From positions 1 through 64,000 of the forward strand of contig MU004183.1 of the NCBI GenBank assembly GCA_010093605.1: a stretch of 64,000 nucleotides of DNA, given 5' to 3'. The number at the start of each line of letters is the position of its first letter. Positions within the stretch are counted from its first letter, which is position 1. Shown piece by piece: positions 11,010-24,600 of the stretch. A program made the translations under genes and the position numbers. This stretch comes from Lophium mytilinum. Taxonomy: Eukaryota. The notes beneath the pieces are model-generated. The model did no database searches, was not told the DNA's origin, and was given only the letters and a program-made list of their open reading frames with translations.

Positions 11010-13506
11010 CCTATAATATAGATATAGTAGTAGAGGGGGGCCTAGCTATAACTATATACTTAAACTTAGGTAGATTAGTAAGTAAATTATTAAATTCTAT
11101 AATAGCTAGTATAGCTATTAACTAAGAAGTACTATAAGTAATAGAACTAGATAGATTTAGGCGCTTAGACGCTAGTAAGTATTATAGAGCTATACTTTAT
11201 TATTCTTTCTATTTACCTCTATAAGCTATACCTATAGTAATTTTAAATAAAAATAGTTCTCTCTATATACTATTATATATATAGTAGCCCCTCTATACTA
11301 TAGTAGGCTAGCCGCGCCGGCACTTAATAATAGTAGGCTCCTCTATATTATTAAAAGGTCTAAAAGAAATTACCTACTATTATATTTCTAGCTAAGTAAA
11401 CTACTAATAGTAATCTATTTAATCTAATTATATATAGTATACTAGATTAAGAAAATTAGCTAGCGCTTAATATAGAGAATTATAAAGCTTATATATATAT
11501 AGTATACTAAAAATAGAATAGAATATCTATATATAGTTAAGCGGGTTATATTTATTTAATTTAGCCTTTTTTAATTACTTCTTAAGTAGCTTTAAATACT
11601 ACAGTGTAACTACCTAGAATAAATTATAGAATTTAACCTCTCTAATATTATAAGAAGTTCTAGCGTACTATATTACCTTCTAGTCCTTATACCTAAAGCG
11701 GCTAGTAAGAATAAGATTCTATATATTAAGAAGAATATTAAATAGATAGCTAGTTAATATCTAGAGAAAGCCCTTAAGCTAGCTATATGCGCTCTTATTC
11801 CGTAATATAATACTATAAGAAATTAAGTTAGTATTATATACCTCTACTACTTCTTTATTTCTTAGTTATTCTTTAAGCTATACTCTTACTTTCTTTAGCA
11901 CTACTTATTTAGCATGTATATAAACCCTGTGTAAAGTTTAGGCATTAAATTTAGATATTTTAGTATTAAGAAAAATTACTTATATAGTACTAAAGTACTA
12001 AGTATTAAATATATAGTAAGTTACCTATTTAAATCTATATAACTACTATTTCTCTACTATATAGGCTATAAGGTTAGGCCGCTTCTTATAGTTATTAAGT
12101 AGCTTATTCTAAGCCTTATTAAACTGCGCTATGCGCTCTAGCTTTATTATAGTAGTCTAATAGGTAATAAAATTACTCTTTTTCTTCTACTACTTCTTCT
12201 TCTTAGCTACCTGCTATTCTTCTATATTATTCTCTATTAGCGCATTAGAATAGCCTATAGGAAATATTAGTTTTACCTTATATATATTAACTAGCTTAGT
12301 ATTAATATTCTTTTCTATATACTATATATAGAGAAGGCGTATAACTCTAGGCTATTATATATATAGTATATTTATTAGAGCTTATTTCTTATCTATTAAG
12401 AAAACGTGTAAAGTAATAGAATAGTGCTTAAAGAGCTTAAAGAGCTATTATACTATCTAGTTATAGTTAGCCTTCTTCTTTATAGAAATAAAATAGTAGC
12501 TAATTTTATAGTTATTACTAGTATAGGTAATATTAGTAATATATAGAAAGGGTATACTAAATTAGTTTATTTTATAGGTATAATCTATTAATATAATATT
12601 ATAGTTTAATTAAAAAATCTTAATAGAATTTAGATATATAAAGAAGAGGTAATCTATATAGTACTATATATTTTTTATATAGCTATATATATACTTCTTC
12701 TTCTAGCTATTAGAAGAAGAAAATATAAAGGTTTCTAACGTGTAGAGAAGTACCTAGATAGGCGTAAGGCTACTAAGAAGCTTATTTTTATAGCGGGTTT
12801 ACTTATTTTAAATATTCTTAATAGTAATAGTTATCCTCTTTTTTAAAAGCTTTATATAGGTTTACTAAGGCTATAAGCTACTTAATATATTATTCTAAAT
12901 AAGCTAATTTATTAATAATAAGCGCTTTCTATTATATATAGCTACTATAGCTTTAAGTAAAGAGAGGTAATTATAAGTTTTCTCTACTATCTTCTATAGC
13001 TATATATATTTACTATTAAAGCTAGAAAGCTACTAAGTAAGTATACTATTTATCTTATAGTCTACTTTATTAGTAGAGGTACTATATATATATATAGTAG
13101 GCTCTATAGTACCTCTAAAGTAGTATTAAAACTAGATTTTCCTCTTTTTATAATCTATATTAACCTTTAAGTATATTTTAGTTAGGCTATAGCTCTATAT
13201 ACTTATATACTATATAAGCGCCTTTTTAGCTTTCTCTAGGCTATTATATAGCTATAATAGGGGCGGCTAGAGAGCTATAGTAAGAGGTATATTATAGAGA
13301 AAAAAATTAAAAATAAGGTTATAATTACTTATAGCTATACTATACTTAGAGAGAGTATTTAGAATTAGTAGTAAACCTAAGTAAGTAAATTAGAGGCTTT
13401 AGAGAACCTCTCCGGGCTAATTAGAAGATTAGACGTAAATGGGTATATATAGAGGAATTACACGGTATATATAGAGGAAAAACCCGGTGTAGGATTATTA
13501 GTCCCC
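11010..13506 (-). mobile_element. RIP-degraded Mutator-like (MULE) DNA transposon; one terminus visible, the other apparently lost
   Basis: Minus strand shows a FAR1-like N-domain (..RKI*F*YYFRG...STNKVDYK...TYNY) and the MULE core IDYTYKIN*FSIPFL (DCTYKTNRFGMP) at ~12550-12590. Also RLLYI*YIEKN (LLCxWHxEKN) at ~12305-12340, a SWIM-like FSILYIY (GxPCxH) at ~11490, and C-terminal EPTIIKCRRG*P. GGGGAC terminus at ~13506 with subterminal direct repeats (ggtatatatagagga x2). Confidence 0.8.
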
Positions 13507-13834
13507 TATATATATAGTAGGGACTTTTACTAAGAATTATATACTATGTTATACCCGATAAATAATAACTAGGGAGGCGCGCCTTGCTACTCTAGTACTG
13601 TCTCGCCACCACCCGCGCGATTTAGAGCTTCATGAACTTGCGCGACGTCGCGGCCGATCCTTGCGCTGACGGGGCGGGAAGGGTGGTCGCGATGTAACCT
13701 TAGACGGGAGATATGATTACAACTTCGGAACGACGCAGCCGTGCGCACTGCGGGGTCTTGGATCCACCGACACGAAGGATGGGGAACCTCTGCGAAGACA
13801 ACGGCGACAGCAAGTCGTCTTCACCATCGTCACC

Positions 13835-16492
13835 ATGTTCGACTTCGGGATCCGGACGACTTTGCCGTTGCTTGTGGGCTTCGCGATAGGGACACGAGCT
13901 CAAGAGGTCGACTACTCGCAATTCGTGAATCCCTTCCTCGGATCTGAAGGCGGAATCCCGGGCTATGCGTGTAAGGCACCAATGCCTCTCTACGACTTGA
14001 GGTCGTTGAACGAAGAGCTTGAACTAATGACTCCTTAGATGGCGGCGGCGACATCTTCGTCGGCGGCGCCGTGCCCTTCGGAATGGTAAAGCTCGGCCTC
14101 GACACATACGAAGAACCCGTCAATCAGAGCGCCCTCAATGGTGGATGGACGCCAAAGGGCAAGGTCACCGGCATCAGTCTGCTTCATGAGTCTGGCACGG
14201 GAGGAGGTCCCAAGTATGGGTTCCCTGCGCAGATGCCGTTGACGTCCATCGAAGCGCCGGTCAATCTATTGGACAATTTAACGTATTGGCAAAGCCGGGT
14301 TTGTGACAGCTCTCATCCCTCTCCTCGCTGAAGTCTGACATATTCTGAGGTCGGCGACGACGTAGCCAGCGTGGGATACTTTCGCACGCGTTTCGAATCG
14401 GGCGTCTCCGTTGAGTTATCTGCGACCAGGCATGCGGGCTTGATGCATTACACATATCCATCGTCTGAAAAACACGTTCTGGTCGACTTTTCACATTATC
14501 TCCCATATCCATCTCGCTCTTGGGACTCGCAATTTTATGCGGGGGGCGAAATCGAGATCCAGCTCAACTCTTCCACGTACACAGGCTACACGTCCATCGC
14601 AAACGGCTGGAATTTGGGTCCTCCGGTCACCGTCTATGTTTGCGGAGAGTTCAGTTCGCCGCCAAACGAAGCGAGAGCATTCAGTGGTCGCAACACCTTT
14701 CCGGTAGGACGCCATTTCAGAAGCTTCGATAATGCGACGACTCCCGAGCCCACATTCCGTGGCTCATCAGCCCGCTCGGGACCTACGTGTGATCGCGTAG
14801 GAGCCATTTTCTCTTGGAACGGCGCCAGTGGCAGCTCAGAAATCAAGTCTCGAGTCGGAACCTCCTTTATTTCCATAGACAAGGCTTGCGCGTACAAAAA
14901 CGAAGAGCTCGCATCTTGGGACATTGAATCGACTGCGCAAGCTGCACGTGATGAATGGAATCGCGACGTGTTCTCCAAGATCAAGGTATCACCAGAAGCC
15001 AACCAGACAAGACTTGCAATGCTCTATTCAAGTTTGTACTTTATGCATCTCATCCCGAGCGAGAGAGTAGGAGAGAATCCGCTCTGGGAAAGTGACGAGC
15101 CATCATGGGACGACTTCTATACTATGTGGGACCTTTTCCGCAATCAAGTATCGCTATGGCATCTCATCCAGCCTTCGTACTATGAGTCAATGATTCGTTC
15201 TCTTATCGACATTTTCAAGCATGAAGGTTTCATGCCGGATGGGCGAAGTGGAAATTACAATGGGCTTGTTCAAGGCGGTTCCAACGCCGACAACGTCCTG
15301 GCAGATGCGTATGTCAAAGGCCTTCGCGGCAAGATAAATTGGACGGAAGGGTACGCGGCGGTGAAAAAGAACGCAGAGGTCGTGCCATTCTTCGATCAGA
15401 ATCCCGTGGATCCTCAAGGCTCTCTGAAGGAGGGTCGTTCGGCATTGGACGACTGGATTCCGCTGGGTTATGTATCCGCAGATCGCAACTCGCGCGCCGT
15501 TTCGAAGACAGTGGAGTACTCGCTCAACGATTTTGCCGTGTCGCAAATAGCAGCGGGCGAGGCACCGGGAGATCACGAGCTTTACCTGCGTCGGTCTGCC
15601 GGATGGCAGCTCAGCTGGGATCATGATGCGACCGCTCGCAATTTCAGTGGATTCGTGATGCCTCGTTATGCGAACGGGAGTTTTCACCAAACATATAACA
15701 TCACGAATTGCGGGGAATGCAATTGGTCTGATGAGTCTTACGAGGGAACCGCCTTTGGTAAGTCGCTGTCCATTTCCTGCCCAGTATCATCAGTAAGATC
15801 GAGACCACTGATAGACTCCAGAATACTCCTTCGTTATACCACACGACGTGGAAACTATGATCCAGTTCATGGGCGGCCCGCAGCACTTTGAAGAAAGACT
15901 AGACTACGTCTTCCAACCCAACACATCCGGCGTCGATCTGGGAGTAAACGGCCTAGGGATCACGACCATCAACAACCCGTCTGACGAACCCGACTTCGGA
16001 ACTCCATACTTATACAACTACCTTAACAAACAGTATAAATCGGTGGAGAGGTCTCGCCAGATAGCAACTGACTTTTACTTCAATTCAAGCAATGGGATTC
16101 CGGGGAACTCTGACGCGGGAGCACTGAATTGCTGGCTCGTCTGGCAGATGTTGGGGCTCTATCCGGTCGTCACTACATCCGTTTATCTGCTCGAAAGCCC
16201 CTGGTTCGATGATGTCAACGTTACCGTCAATTACGACCGGACTTTACGAATTCGAGCTGAGGGCCTTGACGACGGGGATGGAAGGCAAGGCTACTACGTG
16301 CAGGGCGTGACCATCAACGGCAAAGTATGGAAGAAGAACTGGTTTGAGCATGGCGACATGGGAGGAATCATGACGGAAGGCGGCGAAATCCTATTTCAGC
16401 TGGGCACGGAGAAGAAGGTCTGGGAGACGGGTGATGTCCCGCCGAGCCCAGGGCATGTTGTTCTCGATGAAAATGAGAAACGATGGGAATAG
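13835..16492 (+). CDS. Secreted glycoside hydrolase family 92 (alpha-1,2-mannosidase-like), ~824 aa, 4 exons
   Basis: Exons 13835-13970, 14039-14298, 14350-15757 and 15822-16492 join in frame. Signal peptide plus VNPFLGS, GAVPFGMVKLG, HESGTGG, WDLFR, VQGGSNAD, SKTVEYSLNDF and PGNSDAGAL motifs. Confidence 0.95.
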
Positions 16493-16861
16493 CTAAAGAC
16501 ATCTTTGAACGGTGCAACGAGTCTTTCAATCAGCCTCGCCTCATCCCAGTTCGCAACTCGCCCCTCGAAAGATCAAAGCTTTGGAAGCTTGGTGATAAAA
16601 GATTCGACGTGCTTGTCTCCAAGATACCTTGAAATGCAACACCAGAGACTTTCTACTTCACGCAATATCCGTAGTATTGGCCTATCACGCCTTTGTAATG
16701 CCGATGAGCTCAGTCCGCTGCCTCACGTTTGCGCAATCAGCAATTCTTAATGGTTTTGACCGATATAGTACTAGTACGCCCCACTACCGTCCATCAAGGT
16801 TTACGTGGCCGAAGATGCGATCTCGTGAAAGCCTCTTGTCCAACAGCTTGCTCACCACTTT

Positions 16862-18084
16862 TTAAGTCTGAGAGCCTCCGTTCTTCATGCGGTTGCACTC
16901 TGCACGGTGGCGCTTCCAATCAGCTTTCTGGCAGTCTCGAGAGCAGTACTTCGTGACCACGCAGGCCGCGCAGGACTGGACTTCTCCCGCCTTGCCGCAA
17001 CCTCCACAACGCTTGCGGCAATCTCCTTTGTGTCTACTCCAGTCCACCATGGCGCAATTGACTGAGCAGTACTCCTCGTTGAAGCATCCCGTGCACTCGA
17101 GGAAGTCGCAATGTGCATCCAAGCGGGTACGGTGGCAGGTAGGACACCGTCGTGGCTCGTAGGTCTTTGGCTGCCAGCCTGGCGGAGCCTCATGAAGTTC
17201 TGTAAGCCAGTCAGTGGCGGTTGCCAGTATGTTAACGATGGAATGACAGCAGCAGTCGAGCTCTAGACATACCCTTCCTCTTTGGTCCTGGATTTGTAAC
17301 CGGATCCCAGCTCTTGTGATGAAATTCGACTTTGTCCCCAACCAACTCTATCTTGAACGTAGCGTTCGGATTGGCGTTGATGGACCGGCACGTCTCCTCA
17401 GCCAACTCCTTCTGTGGTTCCCACGACTTGCTAGCATTCTCGTCGGCATCGTTGCTCGGGTAGCCGATGACCAATTTCCCAGTGCCCAAGTCAGTGATCG
17501 GCATACCAACGGTGTTCGCGATCCTCTGAGTGCACCAAGCAGCAATACGAGGGTCTGCAAGGAACTCCTCCCCGAATGCTTGGTGTTTGGGATCCTCCTT
17601 ATTCTTGTTGCGGTCTATAGAGAGCTGGGTGAATAATCGTTGGTCCTCTGGCGCGAGGGAGTTGAACTGCTTTTCCGCTTCTTCGTTCTTATGCTTGTTG
17701 AAGAACTTCACTGCCGTATCGGTGGCATAGATGTCAATTTTCTGGTTGTACCAGACCTCGCCAGTGTTCTTGTCGATTCTGAGCTTCAAAGATGCGTTAG
17801 GGTTGTCGTTCACGCGCTTGCAGAAGGCTTCTACGTCCGACTCCGAGACGTGACCAGCCGCAACGGCTTTGTCAAAGAGGGCGCGGAATCCGGGATCGTC
17901 TTTCGAGACGTCCAATTTTATCAGCAGGGATTCTTCTCTGAGCGCATCCCAATATCCGGCCTGGACGAACTCCTGCCAGGCGCCGTGTTGGGGATGGGAA
18001 GGGTTTTGGGCGTCCGTCAATATAGATGTGGCCGCTAACTGTTCTTCCTTTGGAAGTTGGTCCAACACACGGCGGGCTTCAGCG
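16862..18084 (-). pseudogene. zf-MYND paralog A, 3' part (duplicated N-domain + two MYND fingers), disrupted by hAT insertion
   Basis: Exon 18084-17273, phase-1 intron 17272-17200, exon 17199-16862 with CPTC..CTGC..YCSVNC..DWSRHKGDC and CGGC..CAAC..YCSRDCQKADWKRHRAEC. No ATG on this side; the first ~20 codons lie at 30517-30575. Confidence 0.9.
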
Positions 18085-18470
18085 CAGTGAAGGAACTAGA
18101 CTGGAGCCATTTAGACTAGAGCCGGATGGAGGCACTTAAAAAAGGCATTAGACTAGACTAAGATTCTATTTAGTTAGACTAGATTTAAGGCTATAAATAA
18201 TTCTAGAGCTCTAATACTTTTTATATATATAAATATATATATAGTATTAAGGTTAATTTTTATAAGGCTTAGCTTAGAGGTCTGCAATTCTTAGCCTCTT
18301 ATTAGTTAACTTATTCTATACTAACTAACTAGCTACTTAGTCTTACTATTCTTAGCCTTACTATTTTATACTTACTATAGTCTATATACTTACTATAATA
18401 TATATACTTTTTATTTTATAATATAGCCTTTCTATTTTACTTTACTAATAGATAGCTAAGAGGTTACGCA

Positions 18471-18670
18471 TGTTATGGCCACATGTTTATACTATAACAC
18501 GTGACTAGGGTTATATAATAGAGGCTCTATAGAATAGGTAAACGTTGCTCCGCCCTTTAGGTTATTATAACGTCCGTTCTAGAAACCTCTTCCTCTCTTG
18601 TATTTATCTTTTATTAATATTAATACTATTTAATCTAATAATTCCAACGTTCTAACCTTAAGCCCTAATA
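18471..18670 (+). repeat. 5' LTR
   Basis: TGTTATGGCC...AAGCCCTAATA, colinear with 26907-27106. Confidence 0.95.
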
Positions 18671-21600
18671 TAAGATAAATACCCTCCTAGCTTCCGGGAG
18701 CAATGGAAGTAACCCTTAGAAAAATTTTTCCGTAATAGAGTGCGCTTTTATAATAAGCTATAGTATACCTATACCTTTCTATATAGTAACTATTAGCAGA
18801 GTTGCGGACCCCTAATAAAGACTACACTAACATAGTGTTCTATTAGCAGTGCCGCGGGCCCCTAATAAAGCAATCTAACTATTATGCGCGATGTTAGATA
18901 ATAGACCTTATAACTATAGCAGACGCTCTATAATAAGCCCCTATAATAGAGGGGTAGTAGCAGCACCCTAGAAAGTCCCCACTAATTTATTAATTGCTTT
19001 AACGGCTCTATAACTTTATCTATATTGCTATTGCTGTATAGAGACTAACGCCTAGAAAGCTTAGTATTAATAATAGCGCGTGCGCGCGCCTAGTATTACT
19101 AACCGATTGCTATTACTATATAGAGACTGACGCCCGGAAAGCTTAGTATTAATAATAGTAAGCCTACACGCATACTTAGTATTATAGAATAAAGCCCTGT
19201 AGACTATCTATTTCCTATATACTTTCTATTATCCGCATACTACCCGTTTTATAAATAAACTAACTAACCTAATAATTTACTATAGCTAACCTCCGCAATT
19301 AAGCGCAACTAGCATACTTCTCTAGGACAACTCCGCAACTAACTGTAATAGATACTAGTTTCTTAAGCCTTCCACGCGCCAGCGCGCGTAGTAAATAACC
19401 TAAATTTGTTAATAGCTCGCATATAAATACGGCAGGTTGCCCTCTATAAGTTTTCTCTCTTATATACTAACTTTTCTATACCCTATTACATGGCTAACTC
19501 TAACTGCTATACTTTTAACTATGCTAAAGCCCTACAGTTTAGCAACTCTGTTTTAGGCGGACGCCCTCCCAGCGGACGCCCTCTTAGCGACGTTAATTAT
19601 ATCCTAATTAATCCTCGCCGCATTATATCGCACTAAGACGACGGTTCTCTTAACCTACGCCACCTTCTTACTATAGATAATAATAATAATATAACGCAGA
19701 TTAATTATAGCCTATAGCCTCCTCTTATTTAGCTAGTAAACCCACTATTATAAGGCGCGACTTAATCGTAGTTGTAAACTTTAGCTGCTACTTTCTAACC
19801 GGCTCTATCTATTAGACTAGTCCCTCCTGTAACGCCCGCTAAGCTCTAATATTATTAAACTAAGTTCGGTACTATAGGCAAGCCTCTACTAGTTACTCTA
19901 GCTCCTCTAGTAGAAACTACTGTAGAGGAGACCGCACTCCCGCTCTCCCGCGTTAGTAGCTATGTACTAGGCAACTTTAATTTACTAGATAGAATTAAGG
20001 ATATAACTACCGGCCTTAATAATATAACTGTCGCCTATAATAAGGACTCCTTCTCTAACTTTAACTCGGCCGATAAATATAACCGCCAAGAAGAGGAATA
20101 TTAGTTTAGTAGTAACGTAGATAATAAAGTAAATAAGCTCTAGATAGCCTACTAAGGCATTAATATTAATATTAATACTTCTAACGCAACGGCCTACTAT
20201 AATACTGCCTCTAGGCCTAACTATTAGTCCTGTAACCCTAACTATCTAAGAATAGTACCTTTTTATAGTAGGCCTTCCTCTAATATATCTCCCTTATAAT
20301 ACTAGTCTACCCGCATTAAGTCTATTACTAGATTTAACACCCCGGACCTAGCTTAGTAAGCAGCAGGCATAGAATAGAGTAATAAAACTAAGACTACTAT
20401 AATACGCGTTAAAGACCGTTAATAATTACGTCTTACTATTACTTAGCGTGCTAATAGCTCTATCTTTAAGATGCATTACGGAGATAGAGCCTATAAGTAA
20501 TATAAGCTACGGACCCTATAGAACCTTACTAATAACATCTAACTCGCACTATAATAGTAGTGGAACTATATTATATTAACTTACGCAGAATATAAAAACT
20601 ATAAATATAAAATAGACATTGCTGTATAAGAGTAAGACGCCGCCAATATTATAGTTATTAGCCTTAATAAGAAATACTCGCTTATAGACGGCAAACTCTC
20701 TAAGCTTTATATATAAGTTTGCACCCTAGGTAATACACTAGAAGCTAAGAAGGTAAACTTAGCACGTATATATTATAGACGCAATAAGAAACACGCCTAA
20801 TTCTAGGCTTAAATAGCTTAGCTTAACTAGCTAAATATTATACACTAGCGAGCCTTAGACTAAATTACTTAGCTTAAAGCCCAACTTTATTATAATATGC
20901 CGGCGGAAGGCAACCTACACGCTAACCTAGATAGACACCCATCTAATTATAACTCTACTAACGACGGCTCCCCTTCTCTACTAAAGGGACCGTACGTTCT
21001 CAACCTAGAGGACTTCTAGCGCAACTATATTCTAGCACAACACTTTACTACAGCTAGAGGTAGAGAAGAAGGAGGTAATTTTAACCTAAGTAGCTTTACT
21101 TAGCTATAGGTCTACGGGCCCGTGTATCCTTAATATAGATAATAAGGCCCTTAACCTAAGTATATACACCTATAGGACTTTAAATTAGGGGCGAAGGTAT
21201 ACGCGGTATAGAAGAACTATCTACTCTATTTAGTTTAGGTGGACTAATAGACCTATCCTAATACTATAACCTAAATCTAATTAGTAGTTAGCTATTATAA
21301 AGGACGCGCATATAAGGTTATAGAGGACCGCGGTTTACTTACATCTAGTAATCTATACCGTTTACTTAAAGAGCTTATCTAAGACCTAGACGCTGCATTC
21401 TAGGAAAATAACTCTATCTAACGTAACCGCCTTCTAGATTAACTTAATAGCAAAGGTATAAAACAGCGCCCTAATAAGTATATAGCTAACTTCCTCTAAC
21501 GCCTTAACGCAGTTCTTAATAGACTTAAGTACGACAAGACTAATAACGGACTTATAACCTAATACCGTTATCTTAAGGAAACGCTACGCATAGACCTTAT

Positions 21601-24600
21601 TAATTAAATTAACTTTAGACTTAAATCCTAGTACTAAGTAAAGGATAACGTTCTATATAAAGACCGGCATAGGCTTTAACGTAAAAAGCGCGCTAAAAAG
21701 GAGCTCCTTATAGTATAGAGTGCAGCACGCCGATTTAATAATATACACGGAAATAATAGCCGCTATAATTTAAACCGCGCTTAATACAAAGTATCTACTA
21801 CTAAAACTAATAACTATATTATAGTTAAGAAAACTACTATAGTTCTATTACTAAGCGTCCCACCGCATATTTGCATGCGCCTTACTAAAGAAGGGCGTTG
21901 CTTTAGTTACTTTAAGAAGAACTACCGCGTAGGTAATCTAGAGTGCCCTATGGCCGGTAAGACTATATTACAGTCTTAGCGCAATAAGCGCTTAACCGCC
22001 GCGGGCATTAATAATGTGGAACTTAACGCCTTTAACTATAATAGCGACGAAGAATGCCAGTATAAATATAAATACAACGATAAATAAGAATATAATAAGG
22101 ATAATTATAGAGCTTACTCTAATAGCTCGGGAAAAGCTTAATCTCTAATAAAAGTTATTATTAGAGATAGTTAGAAGACACGCTAGCTTAAGCTCTTGCA
22201 CATATCTAGGAGCTTAAGCTACCTTCTCTAAAGCCTCTAGATATTAAACTCTCTACTTGCGCCGTAGGACTTACCCTACTATCTAGTAAATAGATAGACT
22301 TCGACTATAAGATTAAAACTTTAACCGGAACGGTTAAATCTATTATCCTTATAGACTCTAGATGCGGAGGTTTTATATTTATATCTATAAGCTTTACTAA
22401 GCACTATAAGCTTAATATTTGTAAGGCTACTCTATAAAACGTTAAGTTACTAAATAGATCTATATCTATTATTAATAAAGTAGCCAAGGTTACTATGCAA
22501 ATTAATAGTTACTATAATAAATTTTAGACCCTAATCTACAACCTTAAAGGCTACAATATTATTCTTGGCATAGGCTAGCTTATTATGCACGACGCCTATA
22601 TAAAGTTCGGCACGCGCATAATATAACTAGATTCCGACTACTATTATTCTTAATGCCTTATTAACTATAAACTAGTTTACGTCTAGTCTAAAGACCCCGT
22701 CGCCCGCACTAGTAAACGCCTGTTTAAGCAGAAACTTAACGCCTAGCTTACCGCTTTTAAGGCGCTTAATATTAGCGCGGTATCTAGCAATAAGTACCTA
22801 TATAACGCCTAGTAATTACTAGAAGAAGACACTATCTATATATGGCCCAAGCACTTTAAACTGGCGCTTGTGGATAAGAAAGTAGAAGCCTAAGCGCGCG
22901 CTTAAGGACGGTTATATAGCCATAACATTATTATAGGCCTAGCTAATTTTACTACTAACCTAGCTGTAATTAGCCTCTATGCAATATCTAAAGACGACTA
23001 GCGGAAGTTCTTTAAGAAAATAGAGCGCAAGCTAATAACGCGCGATAAACTTAAAGCACTAGTACCTATAGAATACTAGGGTTTCCTTAACGTATAGGAT
23101 CTAAAAGAAGTAAATAAGCTTCTACTACGTCGCAAAGTAAAGAACGGTATAGATATTAACCACTATATTAATATTAAACTAGAAACTAAGGCACTAGCCC
23201 GCAAAGTCTATGGACTTTCACGAGACGAGACGCTAGTTATTAAAACGTTTATTAATAAGATGTATGGTAAGAGCTATATTAGGAAAAGTAATAGTTAATA
23301 TATAGCCCCTGTTATTATTATCCGTAAGCTAGGCGGAGGCCTACGCATTTGCGTTAATTATTAAGGCCTTAACGTGGTTATAATTAAGGCCTGGAACGTT
23401 CCTCCAGCTATAAAGGACACCTTAGCCTTACTTAAAAACGCTTGGTACTATACTAAGTTTAATATTATTACTACCTTCAACGCCATTTAAATGCGAGAGG
23501 GTAATAAAAAGTATACTGCATTCCTTATAAGATACAGTCTATTTAAATTTATAGTTCTCCCCTTTAGCTTATGTAATGCGCCGGCCACGTTCCAAGCCTT
23601 TATTAACGACGTCCTCCTGGAATACCTAGACAATTTCTATACAGCCTATCTTAACAATATTCTTATTTTTAGTAAGACGCTTAAAGAACACGTTGGTTAC
23701 GTTAAGAAGATCCTCTAGCAACTTTATAAAGCCGGCCTATTCCTTAATATTACTAAATGCGAATTTTATAAACAAGAGGTTAAATACTTAGGCGTTATTA
23801 TTAGCGTTAACGGCCTTAAAATAGATCCAGCCAAAATCGAAACAGTTATTAACTAGCTCTAACTACGGAACCTGCGGGACGTATAAGCGTTTCTAGGTTT
23901 CTATAACTTCTATAGACGTTTTATTATGGCTTACTTAGACATTGCAGGTCCTCTTACTAGGCTTACTAAGGCGGAAGTTCGCAAGTAGTTCGCTTTTCTA
24001 TAGTAAGAAGGCAGCTTAGAAGACTTCTCCTTTAAGTAAATAAAGTAGGCGTTCGTTAACGCCCTATAGATGGCTTACTTTAATCTAGATCTAGAGACGT
24101 AGGTAGAATGCAACGCATCTAATACTATTACGGCAGCTATACTATCTTAAATGCAGGCTAACGGTGTTCTACGTCCTATCGCGTTTATATCCTATTAAAT
24201 AAGTGCAGCCTAACTTAACTATTAGATTTATAATAAAGAACTACTAGCAATCGTCCGCGCCTTTAAGGAATAGCGCATAGAACTTACCAGCCACGGATAC
24301 GGTAATCTAATTAAAGTTCTTTTAGATTACTGCACCCTGCAATACTTTATGGAAACTAAGCAGCTTAACTAGCAATAGGCTAGATGGGCCGAGTTTCTTT
24401 CCAAATTTAACTTTTAAATTACTTACTAACTAGGCAAGAATAATGGCAAGGCTAATCTGCTAACTAGACGCCCAGGTAATATACTAGATTAAGACGACGA
24501 ACGCTATAAAATCTAACAGTAAACAATCTTAAAGGACTATAACCTAGAACTAGAAATGCATTACGCTATTAAACTAGCCTATATTATAATAGACGGCGTC

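Larger units (their letters stand above)
1..13560. repeat. RIP-mutated AT-rich block of degenerate repeated/mobile DNA
   Basis: Extreme TpA excess, with CpA/TpG almost absent and no long ORFs. Sharp switch to normal GC at ~13560. Reading frames can be recovered by restoring TAA/TAG to CAA/CAG/TGG. Confidence 0.95.
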
